A DNA stretch of 36,119 nt, taken from Chiloscyllium plagiosum (lineage: Eukaryota). The position numbers and the translations under genes are program-made. The stretch lies in the NCBI RefSeq assembly GCF_004010195.1, contig NC_057718.1:8324304-8360422 (forward strand). The letters are read 5' to 3'. Of the stretch, positions 35,733 to 36,119 are shown piece after piece (the stretch's first letter is position 1; the number at the start of each line of letters is the position of its first letter). The notes under the pieces are model-generated. The model was not told the DNA's origin and made no database searches. It worked only from the letters and a program-made list of their open reading frames with translations.

Positions 35733-35800
35733 AATAGACAATAGATGGAAATGTGTTGCTGGAAAAGCGCAGCAGGTCAGGCAGCATCTAGGGAACAGGA

Positions 35801-35834
35801 GAATCGACGTTTCGGGCATTAGCTCTTCTTCAGG
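35801..35834 (-). ncRNA. Minimal type I hammerhead ribozyme motif in the inverted pLTR
   Basis: Minus strand reads CUGAAGA-A-GAGC-UAAU-GCCC-GAAA-CGUC-GAUUC; core intact, one mismatch in stem II. Confidence 0.7.
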
Positions 35835-35847
35835 AATGAGGAAAGTT

Positions 35848-36117
35848 GGCACCCGCATGGGCCCCGGCTATGCCTGCCTCTTCGTAGGATATGTGGAACA
35901 ATCCATCTTCCGCAACTACACTGGCCCCACCCCCCACCTTTTCCTCCGCTACATCGATGACTGTATCGGCGCCGCCTCGTGCTCCCACGAGGAGGTTGAA
36001 CAGTTCATCCACTTCACCAACACCTTCCACCCCGACCTCAAATTCACCTGGACAGTCCCAGATTCCTCCCTCCCCTTCCTCGACCTTTCTATTTCTATCT
36101 CAGGCGACCAAATCAAC
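35848..36117 (+). CDS. Penelope-like reverse transcriptase fragment (partial, open to the window end)
   Basis: Manual translation GTRMGPGYACLFVGYVEQSIFRNYTGPTPHLFLRYIDDCIGAASCSHEEVEQFIHFTNTFHPDLKFTWTVPDSSLPFLDLSISISGDQIN; YIDD at 35950-35961, plus PLE motifs HPxLKFT and LPFLD. Confidence 0.9.
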
Positions 36118-36119
36118 AC

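Larger units (their letters stand above)
35748..36119 (+). mobile_element. Young 5'-truncated Penelope-like element with an inverted pLTR segment at its 5' end; runs off the window
   Basis: Inverted pLTR at about 35748-35842, then RT coding sequence with CpGs retained. Confidence 0.9.

Noticed and set aside
1..35780. Perfect 32 bp inverted match between the window ends (1-32 versus 35749-35780), suggesting a giant TIR element
   Set aside because: Both are termini of the same young Penelope family, and related sequence recurs at 17935-17970 and 28315-28350.
35830..36030. 66 aa minus-strand ORF
   Set aside because: Antisense shadow of the Penelope RT frame.

Overview
Repeat-rich, AT-rich vertebrate intronic or intergenic DNA, almost certainly from a cartilaginous fish (shark). 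The evidence is several HE1 (V-SINE) copies plus abundant CR1/HER1-type LINE fragments. I recognise no host protein-coding gene, and the recognisable ORFs in the track are translations of repeats. The window holds many decayed CR1 fragments, six HE1 SINE copies or fragments, Deu-domain (SacSINE1/AmnSINE-like) SINEs, a second tRNA-type SINE family, L2 remnants, a TA-flanked Tc1/mariner-type MITE and an unclassified ~670 bp element. It also holds many Penelope-like element (PLE) pieces. The most notable signal is the PLE set: an open RT fragment (YIDD) at the right edge, plus several short fold-back mini-elements with 14-15 bp target-site duplications that carry minimal hammerhead ribozyme motifs (CUGANGA-stem-GAAA). 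A few short splice-site-bounded segments are offered only as low-confidence exon candidates. Repeat family names come from recalled consensus sequences, not database searches, and boundaries of old repeats are approximate.
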